Source of the DNA: Candidatus Latescibacterota bacterium
Lineage (GTDB): Bacteria > Latescibacterota > UBA2968
Direction of reading: 5' to 3'
NCBI GenBank assembly: GCA_965198115.1
Contig: OZ240241.1
Location: 3,648,001-3,712,000 of the forward strand
DNA length: 64,000 nt
Each line of letters begins with the position of its first letter. Within the stretch, counting starts at the first letter, position 1. Below the pieces are notes generated by a model that saw only the letters and a program-made list of their open reading frames with translations, had not been told where the DNA came from and ran no database searches. The position numbers were made by a program, and so were the translations under genes. Positions 41,626 through 52,529 of this stretch are shown one piece after another.

Positions 41626-42660
41626 TCAAGCCGCGAGCTGAGTTCTCACCTGTTTGGCTCTCAGGACGTCCCGCTCGTCCGGGGAGAGCGTCCGACCTGC
41701 CCTGAACTGCAGGTGCGAAGGCTTGGACTCGACCATCAGACGATTGAGCGATCCCAGCTCGACGCCCTCGACCATCTTCAGATCGATGCCCAACCGAAGC
41801 GCGGAGGAAAAATTCATCAGCTCCTGCGAAGTCAGGAGTCGCGCGTGACGCAGGATCCCGAGCGCGCGTCCGACCTTGTCTTCGATTTGCGTTTTGGCCT
41901 CGCGCAACAGCGTTTCGCGCGCGTTCGTTTCACACGCGATCAGCTCCTCTACGACGCTCCTCAGGTCGTTCAGCAGCGCTTCTTCGGACCTGCCCATCGT
42001 CAGCTGGTTTGAAATCTGATAGAGATTGCCAGCCGACGCGGTGCCTTCGCCATAGATGCCGCGGACCACGAACCCCATTTGGGCAACCCCGCGTACGACA
42101 CGCTCCATCTCGCGGGTCAACACGAGTCCGGGGAGGTGAATCAGGACAGAAGCACGAAGCCCTGTCCCGGCGTTCGTGGCACACGCCGTAAGATAACCCC
42201 ATCTGTCCGATTCGGCGAACGTCAGTTGGCCCGACAGCTGGGCCTCCAGACCACGGGCCGCTGTCCACGCCTCGTCCGGGTGAAACCCGGAAAGAATGGA
42301 CTGAATGCGAAGGTGATCCTCCTCGTTCACCATCACGCTCAAACACTCGCCCGAGCCGACGAGAACACCCCGAGCCCCACTTTCATCGGCCAGGCTGGGG
42401 CTGATCAGATGACGTTCGACCAGGAGTTGCCTTTCGAGCTCGGAAAGATCCGTCGTCTCGAAGAACACCATCGTATCCGGCGGCGTGGTGGCGACCGCGT
42501 CGACGACGGCCCGCTTCTCGGCCTCGTTCGCGCGGTGCGTGAACGGGATATGATCGAGGTTGCGCGCCAGACGGACGCGGCTGCTCACGACCACCGACGA
42601 GGCCTGGCCCGTGCCGTCGAGCCACGAGGCCGTACCGTCCGCCAGATCCTGAAACGTCAC
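41626..42660 (-). CDS. mcsB: Protein arginine kinase
   Basis: SSRVRLARN, LVERHLIS, NEEDHLRIQ, GTGLRASV..HLP; directly upstream of clpC. Confidence 0.93.
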   Translation of the reverse strand: MTFQDLADGTASWLDGTGQASSVVVSSRVRLARNLDHIPFTHRANEAEKRAVVDAVATTPPDTMVFFETTDLSELERQLLVERHLISPSLADESGARGVLVGSGECLSVMVNEEDHLRIQSILSGFHPDEAWTAARGLEAQLSGQLTFAESDRWGYLTACATNAGTGLRASVLIHLPGLVLTREMERVVRGVAQMGFVVRGIYGEGTASAGNLYQISNQLTMGRSEEALLNDLRSVVEELIACETNARETLLREAKTQIEDKVGRALGILRHARLLTSQELMNFSSALRLGIDLKMVEGVELGSLNRLMVESKPSHLQFRAGRTLSPDERDVLRAKQVRTQLAA

Positions 42661-43103
42661 CGGTGTGGCGCCCCTTCCCCACGGGCCCGCCGAATCTGAT
42701 CGCGAAGATCGGCCGCCTCTTCGAACGCCTCCTGCCGCACCGCCTCCTCGAGTGCCCGCTCCAGCCCATCCAGGTCGACCGCGGGGGGTTCCGGTCTGTG
42801 CTCAGCCACGCCTTGAACCCGCCTGAATAGCCGTCCCAGGTGAGGGTCGAACGCTTCGTAGCACCGGGCGCAACCGAACAAGCCGCTTTTCCGAAACTCT
42901 GCAAAACTCTTGCCACACCCGGGGCACGAAACGGCAGGCGCCTGCTCCCCGCGTGTCATGGTCTGAATCGTGATGGCCACACCCCCGGCCCCGTTCAGCG
43001 TCGACGCGCAAGACGGGCAGAGGTGCGTCACCTTGTGCTGTTCACCCACGACCTTGGTGATCACCACCGTCGCCTCGTTCTCCTGGCAGTTTTGACAATT
43101 CAC
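42657..43103 (-). CDS. mcsA: McsB activator
   Basis: Four CxxC motifs plus UvrB/C motif (EAFEEAADLRDQIR). Confidence 0.9.
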   Translation of the reverse strand: MNCQNCQENEATVVITKVVGEQHKVTHLCPSCASTLNGAGGVAITIQTMTRGEQAPAVSCPGCGKSFAEFRKSGLFGCARCYEAFDPHLGRLFRRVQGVAEHRPEPPAVDLDGLERALEEAVRQEAFEEAADLRDQIRRARGEGAPHR

Positions 43104-43104
43104 G

Positions 43105-43800
43105 TCACTCCGCCCTGCCGATGTGGCCATCTTGTAGTCGAACCACGCGGTCGACGCGGGAGGCCAGTGTCGAATCGTGCGTCACGACGACGAACGTCTG
43201 CCGGCGTTCGCGGGCCAGCGCGATCATCGTGTCGTGAAGGGCCTCGCTCAGTCCCGCGTCGAGATTCCCCGAGGGCTCGTCCGCCAGCACGACGGTGGGG
43301 TCCGTCACGAGGGCGCGGGCGAATGCGACGCGCTGGCTCTCGCCGCCTGAGAGTTCCGACGGCAGGTGCTCCATCCGATCCGCCAGACCCACATCCTCTA
43401 GCAGCGTCTCCGCCTGAGACCTCGCTGTTTCGGGTGGAGCATCCCGAATCAGGAGGGGCATCATCACGTTTTCCAGCGCGGTGAAATCGGCGAGCAGGTG
43501 GTGGAACTGGAAAACGAACCCGATGTGGCGATTGCGAAATCGCGCCAGCGCCCTGTCGTCGAGCGACAGCAAGTCGACGGAGGCCATTTCGATCGCACCG
43601 GCGTCAGGACGATCGAGCCCCCCCAGCAAATGGAGCAGGGTACTCTTGCCCACCCCCGAGGGTCCCACGATGGCCACCATCTCCCCGGCCGCGACATCGA
43701 GATCGGCACCCAGAAGCACATCGATCGTGTTCTCGCCGACCTCGAACCGCTTGTGGAGCCCGCGCGCCGAGATCAGACACGTGGGCGCCACGGAGCTCAC
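43105..43800 (-). CDS. lolD: Lipoprotein-releasing ABC transporter ATPase (LolD-like)
   Basis: GPSGVGKST, FRNRHIGFVFQFHHLL, LSGGE, DEPSGNLD. Confidence 0.85.
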   Translation of the reverse strand: MSSVAPTCLISARGLHKRFEVGENTIDVLLGADLDVAAGEMVAIVGPSGVGKSTLLHLLGGLDRPDAGAIEMASVDLLSLDDRALARFRNRHIGFVFQFHHLLADFTALENVMMPLLIRDAPPETARSQAETLLEDVGLADRMEHLPSELSGGESQRVAFARALVTDPTVVLADEPSGNLDAGLSEALHDTMIALARERRQTFVVVTHDSTLASRVDRVVRLQDGHIGRAE

Positions 43801-45341
43801 GTCTCCGCCGCGTGCGGGGAGTCCGCACCCTCTTCCGGACGCATGTGCGGAAACAGAATCACATCTCGAATGGATGCGGAGTCGGTCAACAACATAACGA
43901 GCCGATCGATGCCAATGCCAAGCCCGCCCGTTGGAGGCATACCATACTCCATGGCGCGCACGTAGTCCTCGTCCATCTCGTGCGCTTCAGCGTCCCCTTC
44001 TGCCCGCAGTGTCGCCTGTTGTTCGAATCGCTGTCGCTGATCGATCGGGTCGTTCAGCTCGGAGAAGGCGTTCCCGATCTCGCCGCCGCAGATGAATGGC
44101 TCAAAGCGCTCCGTCAGGTCTTCGCTCGAGCGATGCCGTTTGGCCAGCGGCGACATATCGACGGGGTAGTCCGTCACGAAAGTGGGCTGAACCAGCGTGG
44201 AAGCGACGGCGGCGTCGAAGATCTCGTCGATCATCTTGCCCCGGCCCGCGGTCGGATCGAGATCGACCTCCATCCGATCGCAGACGGCCCGCAGGTCGGC
44301 ATCGCTCGCCCGCGATACGTCGACGTCCGCGGAGGCCGCGATGCCCTCCAGCATCGAAAGTCGCCGCCACGGTGGACTCAGGTCGATCGTCTGACCCTGG
44401 TAGGTGATCGTAGACGACCCGGTGACCTCCTCCGCAACGGACGAGACCAACGCCTCCGTCACGACCATCATATCATCATAATCGGCGTAGGCCTGGTAGA
44501 GCTCCAGCATCGTGAACTCGGGACTGTGTGTTCGATCAATCCCTTCGTTCCTGAAGTCCTTGCAGATTTCGTAAACCCTGTCGAAGCCCCCTACGATGAG
44601 CCGCTTGAGATAGAGCTCGTCCGAAATCCGGAGATACAACGACATGTCGAGCGCGTTGAGGTGCGTGACGAAGGGCCGAGCGGCTGCCCCTCCGTAGAGC
44701 GGCTGAAGCGTGGGCGTTTCGACCTCCAGGAATCCACGGCCGTCCAAAAACCGTCGCAGGGCCGAAACGACGGCCGACCGGGTTCGGAAGACATCCTGAA
44801 CCCCGGGGTTCAACGCCAGATCCAGGTATCGACGGCGGTATCTGAGTTCCACATCGCTGAATGCGTCGTGGATCACGCGCTCGCCGTCGCGAACCTCCTC
44901 CTTGGGAACGGGCAGGGGCCGGATGGCTTTGCTCAGCAGTTCGAGCTTCCGCACCTCCACCGTCATCTCTCCGGTCCGCGTCTGGAACACCGGACCCCGA
45001 ACCCCGATGAAATCGCCAATATCCAGCAGTTTCCACAGCTCGAAGGCACCGTCTCCAACGATGTCGAGCTTGACGTAGATCTGGAATCGCCCGGCGCCGT
45101 CCCTCAGGTCGGCGAACGCCGCCTTTCCGTGTCCTCGCGTGACGACCAGCCTCCCGCACACGGCAACTTCGGCCTCTTTGGAAAGGAGGTCGTCGAACCC
45201 TTCCCGCAAAGCCTGCGTCGTGTGGGTTCGTTCAAACCGGTAGGGATACGGAGAAACACCGAGGGCTTTGATGCTTTCGAGCTTCTTGAGGCGCTGTTCG
45301 ATCAGCTGCGACTCCGGTGTCGCAGCGCTCTGCTGGCTCAC
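43797..45341 (-). CDS. lysS: Lysine--tRNA ligase
   Basis: YRRRYLDL, GGAAARPF, FRNEG, ELNDP, YGMPPTGGLGIGIDRL. Confidence 0.97.
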   Translation of the reverse strand: MSQQSAATPESQLIEQRLKKLESIKALGVSPYPYRFERTHTTQALREGFDDLLSKEAEVAVCGRLVVTRGHGKAAFADLRDGAGRFQIYVKLDIVGDGAFELWKLLDIGDFIGVRGPVFQTRTGEMTVEVRKLELLSKAIRPLPVPKEEVRDGERVIHDAFSDVELRYRRRYLDLALNPGVQDVFRTRSAVVSALRRFLDGRGFLEVETPTLQPLYGGAAARPFVTHLNALDMSLYLRISDELYLKRLIVGGFDRVYEICKDFRNEGIDRTHSPEFTMLELYQAYADYDDMMVVTEALVSSVAEEVTGSSTITYQGQTIDLSPPWRRLSMLEGIAASADVDVSRASDADLRAVCDRMEVDLDPTAGRGKMIDEIFDAAVASTLVQPTFVTDYPVDMSPLAKRHRSSEDLTERFEPFICGGEIGNAFSELNDPIDQRQRFEQQATLRAEGDAEAHEMDEDYVRAMEYGMPPTGGLGIGIDRLVMLLTDSASIRDVILFPHMRPEEGADSPHAAET

Positions 45342-45438
45342 CCCACTCCTCCGCTAACGTGACGCGCATTCGAATCAGTCTCAAAAGTAGTAGGTATACC
45401 GAATGCGTGTTGGGGAAAAAAACCGTCCGATGTCGGCT

Positions 45439-46552
45439 TCAGCTGCTGAACTCGTGGAGGAAAGCCGTGATGAACGCATCGATGTCCCCGTCCATCACGC
45501 CCTGCACGTCGGAGGTCTCGACCCCTGTCCTGACGTCTTTGACCATCTGGTGGGGCTGGAACACGTAATTCCGGATCTGACTGCCCCACTCGATCTTCTT
45601 CTTCCCACTCTCGAGCGCCGCCCGCTTCTCCTCTTCCTTTTCCTTATAGTGCTGATACAGCCGGGCCTTGAGGATCTTCGTGGCCGAATTCTTGTTCTTG
45701 TGCTGGCTGCGCTCGTTCTGGCACTGAACGACGATCCCCGTCGGTAGGTGCGTCATTCTCACGGCCGAGTCGGTCTTGTTCACGTGCTGACCGCCGGCAC
45801 CGCCAGCCCGATACGTGTCGATCCGGACGTCTTCGGGTTTGATTTCGACCTCGATGTCGCCGGCCGCTTCGGGGTAGACGAATACGGAGGCAAACGAGGT
45901 ATGACGCCGCTTGTTGGAGTCGAACGGGGAGATGCGGACCAGGCGATGGACGCCGATCTCTGCCTTCAGGTACCCGAAAGCATACTCCCCCGTCACTTCG
46001 ATCGTCGCGCTCTTGAGTCCCGCCGTTTCGCCGGGTTGAAGATCCAGGACGTCGGCCTTCAAGTCGTGACGCTCAGCCCAGCGCACATACATGCGCATGA
46101 GCATCTGGGCCCAATCCTGCGCCTCCGTCCCACCGGCACCCGGGTGGATCGACAGGATGGCGTTGAGCCGGTCCTCGCGATCACCCAACATGTGTCGTAA
46201 CTCGAGGTCGGCCAGCTTGCGCTCCGACTCCGAGAGTTCCTGGTCGATTTCTGCGAGTGTCTCTTCGTCGTCCTCCTCGGCAGCGAGTTGGTAGAGCTCT
46301 TCGACGTCGGTCATGGCCTCCTCGATCGTCGTCCAGCCATCAACCCACGCCTTGTGTCCGTTCACTTCCTCGATCGTCTCTCTCGCCTTTTCCTGGTCGT
46401 CCCAGAAAGAGGACGCCTCCATCAGCCGCTCAAGCTCGGCGATACGCGATCGTCGCGAGTCTAATTCAAAGATACCTCCCGAGATGGTCTACTCTCTCTC
46501 GGCAGGATTGGATACGGGACTGAACATCGACAGATTGGATTTCGGGAGCCAT
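45439..46552 (-). CDS. prfB: Peptide chain release factor 2, programmed +1 frameshift
   Basis: ATG 46552 ORF ends GGGAGG-TAT-CTT-TGA (46466-46480); the +1 frame carries SPF and GGQ motifs. Confidence 0.96.
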
Positions 46553-46556
46553 ACCG

Positions 46557-47210
46557 TTACCTCAAATCGACGACCTCGACGCCCTCGGGCGCCTCAAACC
46601 TGAACGTCTCGTCCTTCGTTCGTTTATTCTCCTTCAGATCACTCAACAGATACGTCGTTTCATCGGCGTTGATGTTCCGATACTCGACCTTGCGGACCAA
46701 CCAGGCCTTCCGGTCGACCCACAGCCGAACACGGTTCACATACGCGTCCTTCTCCTTTGGCGTCAACGTCAGCAGGTGGCATCGTTTGCCCTGCACACGT
46801 TCCTCCCCTTCCAACTCCGAGGTGAACCGAGCATCGTATCCCCCGAGCAGGATCAGGTCGAACAGCAGCTTTTCGTAACTCTGATCCTGATCCACGACGG
46901 AGTAGTCGCTCAGCAGAACCTGCGCGCTAGACGGGTCGTAGCTCCAGGCTGTTTTACCGTCTGTCACGATGGTCTGCACATTCGACTCGAGCAGAAACCG
47001 ATTCGGCTTCTCGACGACCAGACGCCCCTTCACTTCCTGGGTCTGATCGACGAGCTTCCAATAGTGGCGCTTTTGAAAGTCCGCCTGGAGCGTCTTCAGC
47101 TTCCCAAACCTCTGCTGGAGCCGCTCGATGATGCCCGCACCATCCACAGCGAGCGTCCGAGCACTGGGCATAAGGAACAGAAACACAGCAATGGGAGCAA
47201 CTTTTCTCAC
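46557..47210 (-). CDS. lolA: Outer membrane lipoprotein carrier LolA family
   Basis: Signal peptide, ADFQ, KPNRF, TDGKTAWSY, F.FEAPEGVEVVD; follows ftsK. Confidence 0.85.
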   Translation of the reverse strand: MRKVAPIAVFLFLMPSARTLAVDGAGIIERLQQRFGKLKTLQADFQKRHYWKLVDQTQEVKGRLVVEKPNRFLLESNVQTIVTDGKTAWSYDPSSAQVLLSDYSVVDQDQSYEKLLFDLILLGGYDARFTSELEGEERVQGKRCHLLTLTPKEKDAYVNRVRLWVDRKAWLVRKVEYRNINADETTYLLSDLKENKRTKDETFRFEAPEGVEVVDLR

Positions 47211-49633
47211 GTTTCCTGAGCTTCCGATTCGAGAAGGGCCTCCAGGTAGTCCTCTCCGACCAAAACAGGTCGCGCTTTGCTCGACCCGTCCGAAGCGCCG
47301 ACGATGCCGGCTCTCTCGAGTTCGTCGACCAGCCGGGCTGCCCGTGCGTAGCCCACCTTCATCCTGCGTTGCAGGAGCGAGGCCGAACCCTGTTGGTGCA
47401 CGACCACCAGCTTCAGGGCCTCGTCGAACCGCTCGTCCCGTGAGTCTTCCTCGAAGTCGAAATCGTTCATCCCCTTGCCGAAATCGACCGTGTCCAGACA
47501 GACCGATTGGGAGGCCGCGAAATCGACGATTCGCTCCGTCTCCTCTGTCTCAATATACGCCCCTTGGGCCCTGATCGGTTCCGGCTTTCCCGATGGAAGG
47601 AACAGCATATCGCCGTTTCCGAGTAGCTTTTCGGCCCCGTTGCGATCCAGAATCGTTCGAGAATCGACTTTAGAGGCCACGCGGAACGCTATGCGGGACG
47701 GGAAGTTAGCTTTTATAGTTCCCGTAATGACGTTGACCGATGGTCGTTGCGTCGCGATGATCAGGTGGATCCCGACGGCACGGGCCATCTGCGCCAGCCT
47801 CGCCAGCGAGTTCTCGATGTCAGCGGGCGCAGTCATCATCAGGTCTGCCAGCTCATCGATCACCACGACCAGGTAGGGGAGTTTCTCGGGCAGGTCTTCC
47901 CGGTCTTCGTCGGTCGTCGCCTCATTTCGCAGCCGATTCAGCTTTTTGTTGTAGTCGGCGATGTTTCGGACACTCAACTGAGACATGGTTCGGTAGCGGT
48001 TTTCCATTTCCACGACGGCCCATTTGAGCGCATCTGCCGCGATCTTGGGATCGGTCACGACCGGTGAGAAAAGGTGTGGAATGCCCTCGTAGACCGAGAG
48101 CTCGAGCATCTTCGGATCCACCATGATGAACCGAACCTCGTCGGGGGAGTTCCGAAACAGGATGCTCGCGATCAACGAATTGATACAGAAGGACTTACCG
48201 CTACCCGTTGCGCCAGCGATCAAGAGGTGGGGCATCTTGGAAAGGTCCGCGGAAATGGGCTCCCCCGTTACCGTTTTCCCCAACCCCACCATCAGGTTCA
48301 CTTTCGACCTCTGGAATGACGGCGCGTCGAGCACCTCCCTTAAGTAAACATAACGAGGGACGGGGTTGGGCACTTCGATCCCTACGGCAGCCTTGCCCGG
48401 AATCGGTGCAAGGATGCGAATCGTTCGCGCCTTCATCACCATGGCCAGATCGTCCGCCAGATTGACGATTCGAGAGACCTTGACTCCCGATGGGGGCTGG
48501 ACCTCGAACGACGTGATGACAGGCCCCGGATTCACCTGAACGACACGTCCGTCGACGCCGAAACTGCTCAGACTCTCCTCCAGGATCTGGGCGCCTTCGA
48601 GCAAGTAATCCTTCTCCACCTCCACAGTATCCTGCGGAGGATCGGAAAGGAGATCGAGATTGGGGAGCTCGTAGTCCAGCTCATCGCTCCCTCTCGGCTT
48701 CCGCTCCAGAACAGTCCGGGACGAGGATCGGGTCGTCTCCCGCGTCCTGACGATCTTGGGATTGACGATGGAACCCGTCAAAACGGGCACTCCGGGTCCT
48801 TCGATCCTTTCAGTCGGGAGATCGGGCGGCTCGGGTTGAAAAGGATCGTCGTCCTCCGTTTCGGGACCCTCGTCGAACCCATCCTGGCAGTCTTCGTCCA
48901 CGGGCAACGAGGCGACGGTAGCTTCTTCGGCCAGAACCCGTGCGCGCTCTTTCTCGATTTTGCGCTCCACACGTCTCTCCGACCAGGTCTGCCAAAAGTC
49001 TCGTAGCCTGCGCACCGCCCAGGGCCCGCTCCGCAGAACCGCCCGGTTCCCACGAACGAGATTTCTGCCCGCAACCCTCGCGCCCGACATCAGCAGATCG
49101 GGAAACCGGTGGACGGGAACATTCGTCGCGACCATAACCAAGATGAGCCCGCCGGCCCCGATCAGAATGAAGGCACCCACCTGACCCAGATAAGGCACGA
49201 GCAACGTCGAGGACAGCGTAACACCCATCCACCCACCCATCAAGAACGCCTGGTGCGTGCGCCCGCCAGAGGGAACACCAGAACCCGCACAGAACAGAAC
49301 CATGACAACGATCAGGCTGATCGAACGCCAGAGTGCCGTCATACGATCCCGTTTGTTGAAAAGCGTCCAACCCCACATGAAGACGAGGGCATTCACGACG
49401 ATTGACCCGTATCCCGCGATGAAAAGGAGACGATAGGAGAGATGTGCGCCGACCCAGCCGGCCAGGTTCTCGGCCATTTCGGGTGGACGGCTCGAATTCG
49501 GAGGATCTTCAGGAGAGTGCGAAGCGAGGCTGACGAGCACGAGAAGCCCGACGGCCAGAAGGAGGACACCCAGAATCTGGAGCGGCAGATCGCCGCCCAA
49601 AGGGCCCCTGGAATCCTTCGACGATCTGTTCAT
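47207..49633 (-). CDS. ftsK: DNA translocase FtsK
   Basis: N-terminal TM domain, PHLLIAGATGSGKS, DELADLM, ATQRPS, gamma domain LQRRMKVGYARA. Confidence 0.97.
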   Translation of the reverse strand: MNRSSKDSRGPLGGDLPLQILGVLLLAVGLLVLVSLASHSPEDPPNSSRPPEMAENLAGWVGAHLSYRLLFIAGYGSIVVNALVFMWGWTLFNKRDRMTALWRSISLIVVMVLFCAGSGVPSGGRTHQAFLMGGWMGVTLSSTLLVPYLGQVGAFILIGAGGLILVMVATNVPVHRFPDLLMSGARVAGRNLVRGNRAVLRSGPWAVRRLRDFWQTWSERRVERKIEKERARVLAEEATVASLPVDEDCQDGFDEGPETEDDDPFQPEPPDLPTERIEGPGVPVLTGSIVNPKIVRTRETTRSSSRTVLERKPRGSDELDYELPNLDLLSDPPQDTVEVEKDYLLEGAQILEESLSSFGVDGRVVQVNPGPVITSFEVQPPSGVKVSRIVNLADDLAMVMKARTIRILAPIPGKAAVGIEVPNPVPRYVYLREVLDAPSFQRSKVNLMVGLGKTVTGEPISADLSKMPHLLIAGATGSGKSFCINSLIASILFRNSPDEVRFIMVDPKMLELSVYEGIPHLFSPVVTDPKIAADALKWAVVEMENRYRTMSQLSVRNIADYNKKLNRLRNEATTDEDREDLPEKLPYLVVVIDELADLMMTAPADIENSLARLAQMARAVGIHLIIATQRPSVNVITGTIKANFPSRIAFRVASKVDSRTILDRNGAEKLLGNGDMLFLPSGKPEPIRAQGAYIETEETERIVDFAASQSVCLDTVDFGKGMNDFDFEEDSRDERFDEALKLVVVHQQGSASLLQRRMKVGYARAARLVDELERAGIVGASDGSSKARPVLVGEDYLEALLESEAQET

Positions 49634-49738
49634 TGGGACCTGCCGAATCTATCGAAGGGGAGATTTGGTGTGTGAACGCCGGGGAAAGCGCCACAACAGA
49701 GAAACATAGGCAATCGGCCAACGGGGGTGAAGCGCATT

Positions 49739-51037
49739 CTACGGGCCGAACTGTAGTCCCCTGCCGTAAATCACGGTGTTTCGTGCACGCAGAATCCGTC
49801 CGTTTTCGGCGACGGCCTCGACATCGATAACGAAGGGACCTGGCTTTACACGCACCCCTCGATCGTCCCGCCCATCCCACACGGTCACGAACCGTGAACC
49901 CACCTGTTCGCCGCTCGCTAGCGTCCTTCTCAGTCGTCCCAGGCGGTCGAAGACCCTGAGCATCAATCGTGCGTGTCGCGAATCGACTGTCACCGTGATC
50001 TCGGTCGTGTCGGCGAACGGGCTGGGTGTTGCATCGATCCGCAGTTGGGCCGTCGCGTCGTAGGCCACACTGTTGGGTTGCCCCGGGGTGGAACCGCCCG
50101 ATGCCGTCGACACCAGCCAGTTGTCTGGCCCGCCCTCGACGGAGACATCGATCCTTTCTATAGATCGCCCAGGCCGTGAAGAATCGTAGGTAACGTCGTC
50201 GACCTCGGAATCGGTCGCATCGAGAAGCGTCAGCGTGTCTCCGCCGTCGTTCAAAGCCGGCCAGGGCGATACGACGGACGTCGGAGATCCAGCAAGTGGG
50301 ACCCTCGCTAGGATGCGTCGGCCCCCGGGGGCTACCGGCTCGGCGGGCTGGACACGCCCCACTCTCCCGGATCGATCTCGCAGCCCCCATCCGGCAAGAT
50401 CGACCTCAAAGGACGCACGGTTCTGGACCTCAACCCACTCCGTGCCCTCCGTTGGGGCCACCATCAACTCCGTCACGACAACAGAACCCGAGGGCACTCC
50501 GAAGACGATCTCGACTGTGGCCCGGTCATTCGTCGGATCCTCGTCCCCCGGTGCAACGACCTCAGCCACATACGTCTCTCGGACGCCCGGCGACGACTCA
50601 ATCGTCACCTCCACCCAGACGGACGCGCCTGCCTCGACCGAAAAAATGCTGTCACCGGCGGCCGAATCTGCACCAACCAGATGAACGTGGGCCCGGGCGA
50701 CCATCGTGCCGTGATTTACGACCCTCAACGATACGACGGACCGCCCGCCGAAAGGGAGTTCGAAGGAAGCCGGCTCGATGGCCACATCTCGAGTCTTTGG
50801 CGAAACGCTGTTCGTGCGACCTGGAGTACCGCCTTCCCACCGTCCATCCTCCCATTCCGAGTCATCCGAAACGCGTTCCTCACTCACCCCCTCCCGATTC
50901 CCGATCGTGTAGGTGTGCGAGTCGACCGTATCGCCCTGCGCATCCACGAGTAGCACCGTCTCGCCCTGAAGGTTGCTGAACCCGCTGAGACCGAAGGTAG
51001 GATCTCCGAGGACGAAAACCACGGCGTCGGGCGGTAA
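49739..51037 (-). pseudogene. Lamin-tail-domain protein with FlgD-like Ig C-terminus; 5' end cut by ISAzo13 and the cassette island
   Basis: ELMVAP..EWVEVQN, STPGQPNS, PSPF..WDGRDDRG. Frame continues about 12 codons beyond the IS (52336-52371). Confidence 0.75.
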
Positions 51038-52332
51038 GGGTTTGCCACGAAATAAGTGCTGCACTTTTCAAGGTAATGATCTTACGCTCGGAGTGTGGAC
51101 GTCGAAACTCTCCGAACGAAGTATGAAGCCTTGGCTCCGGTGCTGACGGAACGCACGCGTCGTCTGTGGGCCGCCACGGAAGCCGAAGCGTTGGGTCACG
51201 GTGGGATCGCGATTGTGGCTCTGGCGACAGGAATGTCCAGAGAGCGGATCTTTCGTGGCATTCAGGAGTTGAGGTCGGACGAACCTTTGGACCCGGCTCG
51301 CATCCGGCGTCCAGGCGGCGGTCGTAAGCGGAAGGCCGACACGGACCCGACGCTGTGGCAGGACCTGAATGATCTGGTCGAGCCAACGACTGCGGGGTCG
51401 CCTGACGACAATCCTCTGAGATGGACATCGAAGAGCACTCGCAAACTGGCCGCCGAGTTGCAAGCGATGGGGCATTCGGTGAGCCCCAGGATCGTTGCCA
51501 ATCTCCTGCACGAACACGATTACACGCTGCAGGCGAATCGGAAGACAAGGGAGGGATCTGCACACCCGGATCGGGACGCTCAGTTCGTTTACCTCGATGA
51601 TCGGATTAGCCAGCAGCAGCAGCAGGGCCTTCCCGTTATCTCGGTGGACACCAAGAAGAAAGAGTTGATCGGCGACTTCAAGAATCCTGGCCGAGAATGG
51701 CGACCCAAGGGAGACCCGGAGCGTGTGAAGGTACACGATTTCATAGTGCCTGCTCAGGGCAAGGCGATCCCTTATGGAGTGTATGATCTGAGCCGTGATG
51801 AAGGCTGGGTAAGTGTCGGTATCGATCACGACACGGCCAGCTTCGCCGTGAATGCGATCCGAAGTTGGTGGAAGAACATGGGACGGCCCGCCTACGGCAC
51901 TTCGACGCATCTGCTAATCACGGCGGACGCAGGCGGCAGCAACGGCGCCAAGACGCGGCTGTGGAAGTGGGAGCTGCAGCGCTTTGCGAATCGCACTGGC
52001 CTGACGATCACCGTATGCCACTACCCTCCTGGCACTAGTAAGTGGAACAAGATCGAACATCGCCTGTTCTCCTTCATCGCTATGAACTGGGCGAGGCAAG
52101 CCCCTGGTCAGCCTGGCTGCAACCGTGAATCTCATTGCCGGAACGACCACTCAAGCCGGTCTCCGAGTACGCTCCGAGATCGACAAGCGACCCTACCCTA
52201 ACGGGGTCAAGGTGACCGATGAACAGATGACCCAAATCGATCTCACTCCGCACGATTTCCACGGCGACTGGAACTACACGATCCGGCCAATGGCTCAACA
52301 TTGAGATCGACCGTTTATTTATTCGCGAACCC
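51038..52332 (+). mobile_element. ISAzo13 family IS
   Basis: Imperfect IRs GGGTTTGCCACGAAATAA / GGGTTCGCGAATAAATAA; TAA direct repeats at 51035-51037 and 52333-52335. Confidence 0.9.
51095..52304 (+). pseudogene. ISAzo13 transposase with an extra G near 52090
   Basis: ISVDTKKKE, TADAGGSN, PPGTSKWNKIEHRLF. MNWRGKPL is broken; the shifted frame ends FHGDWNYTI. Confidence 0.88.
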
Positions 52333-52370
52333 TAAGTACTTACCGCCGTACTTCTCGATACTTCTATGGT

Positions 52371-52442
52371 CGTTCCGGGCACCCGCGAACTTGCCGTGGG
52401 TCGAGGGGCGTCAGCCTCGAGCCGCGGGTGCTGCTGTTAGGC
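52371..52442 (-). repeat. attC-like site (R' non-canonical) after the VOC gene
   Basis: GCCTAAC, arms gcacccgcg/cgcgggtgc, then G-ACCATA where GTTRRRY is expected. Confidence 0.55.
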
Positions 52443-52529
52443 GGTGTTGTTTTGACTCTCTCAGCGACCACCGGAGCGTCCACTCCGGGAATGTAGCATC
52501 GAGGCACGGACCGGATCTGTGTCCTGAGA

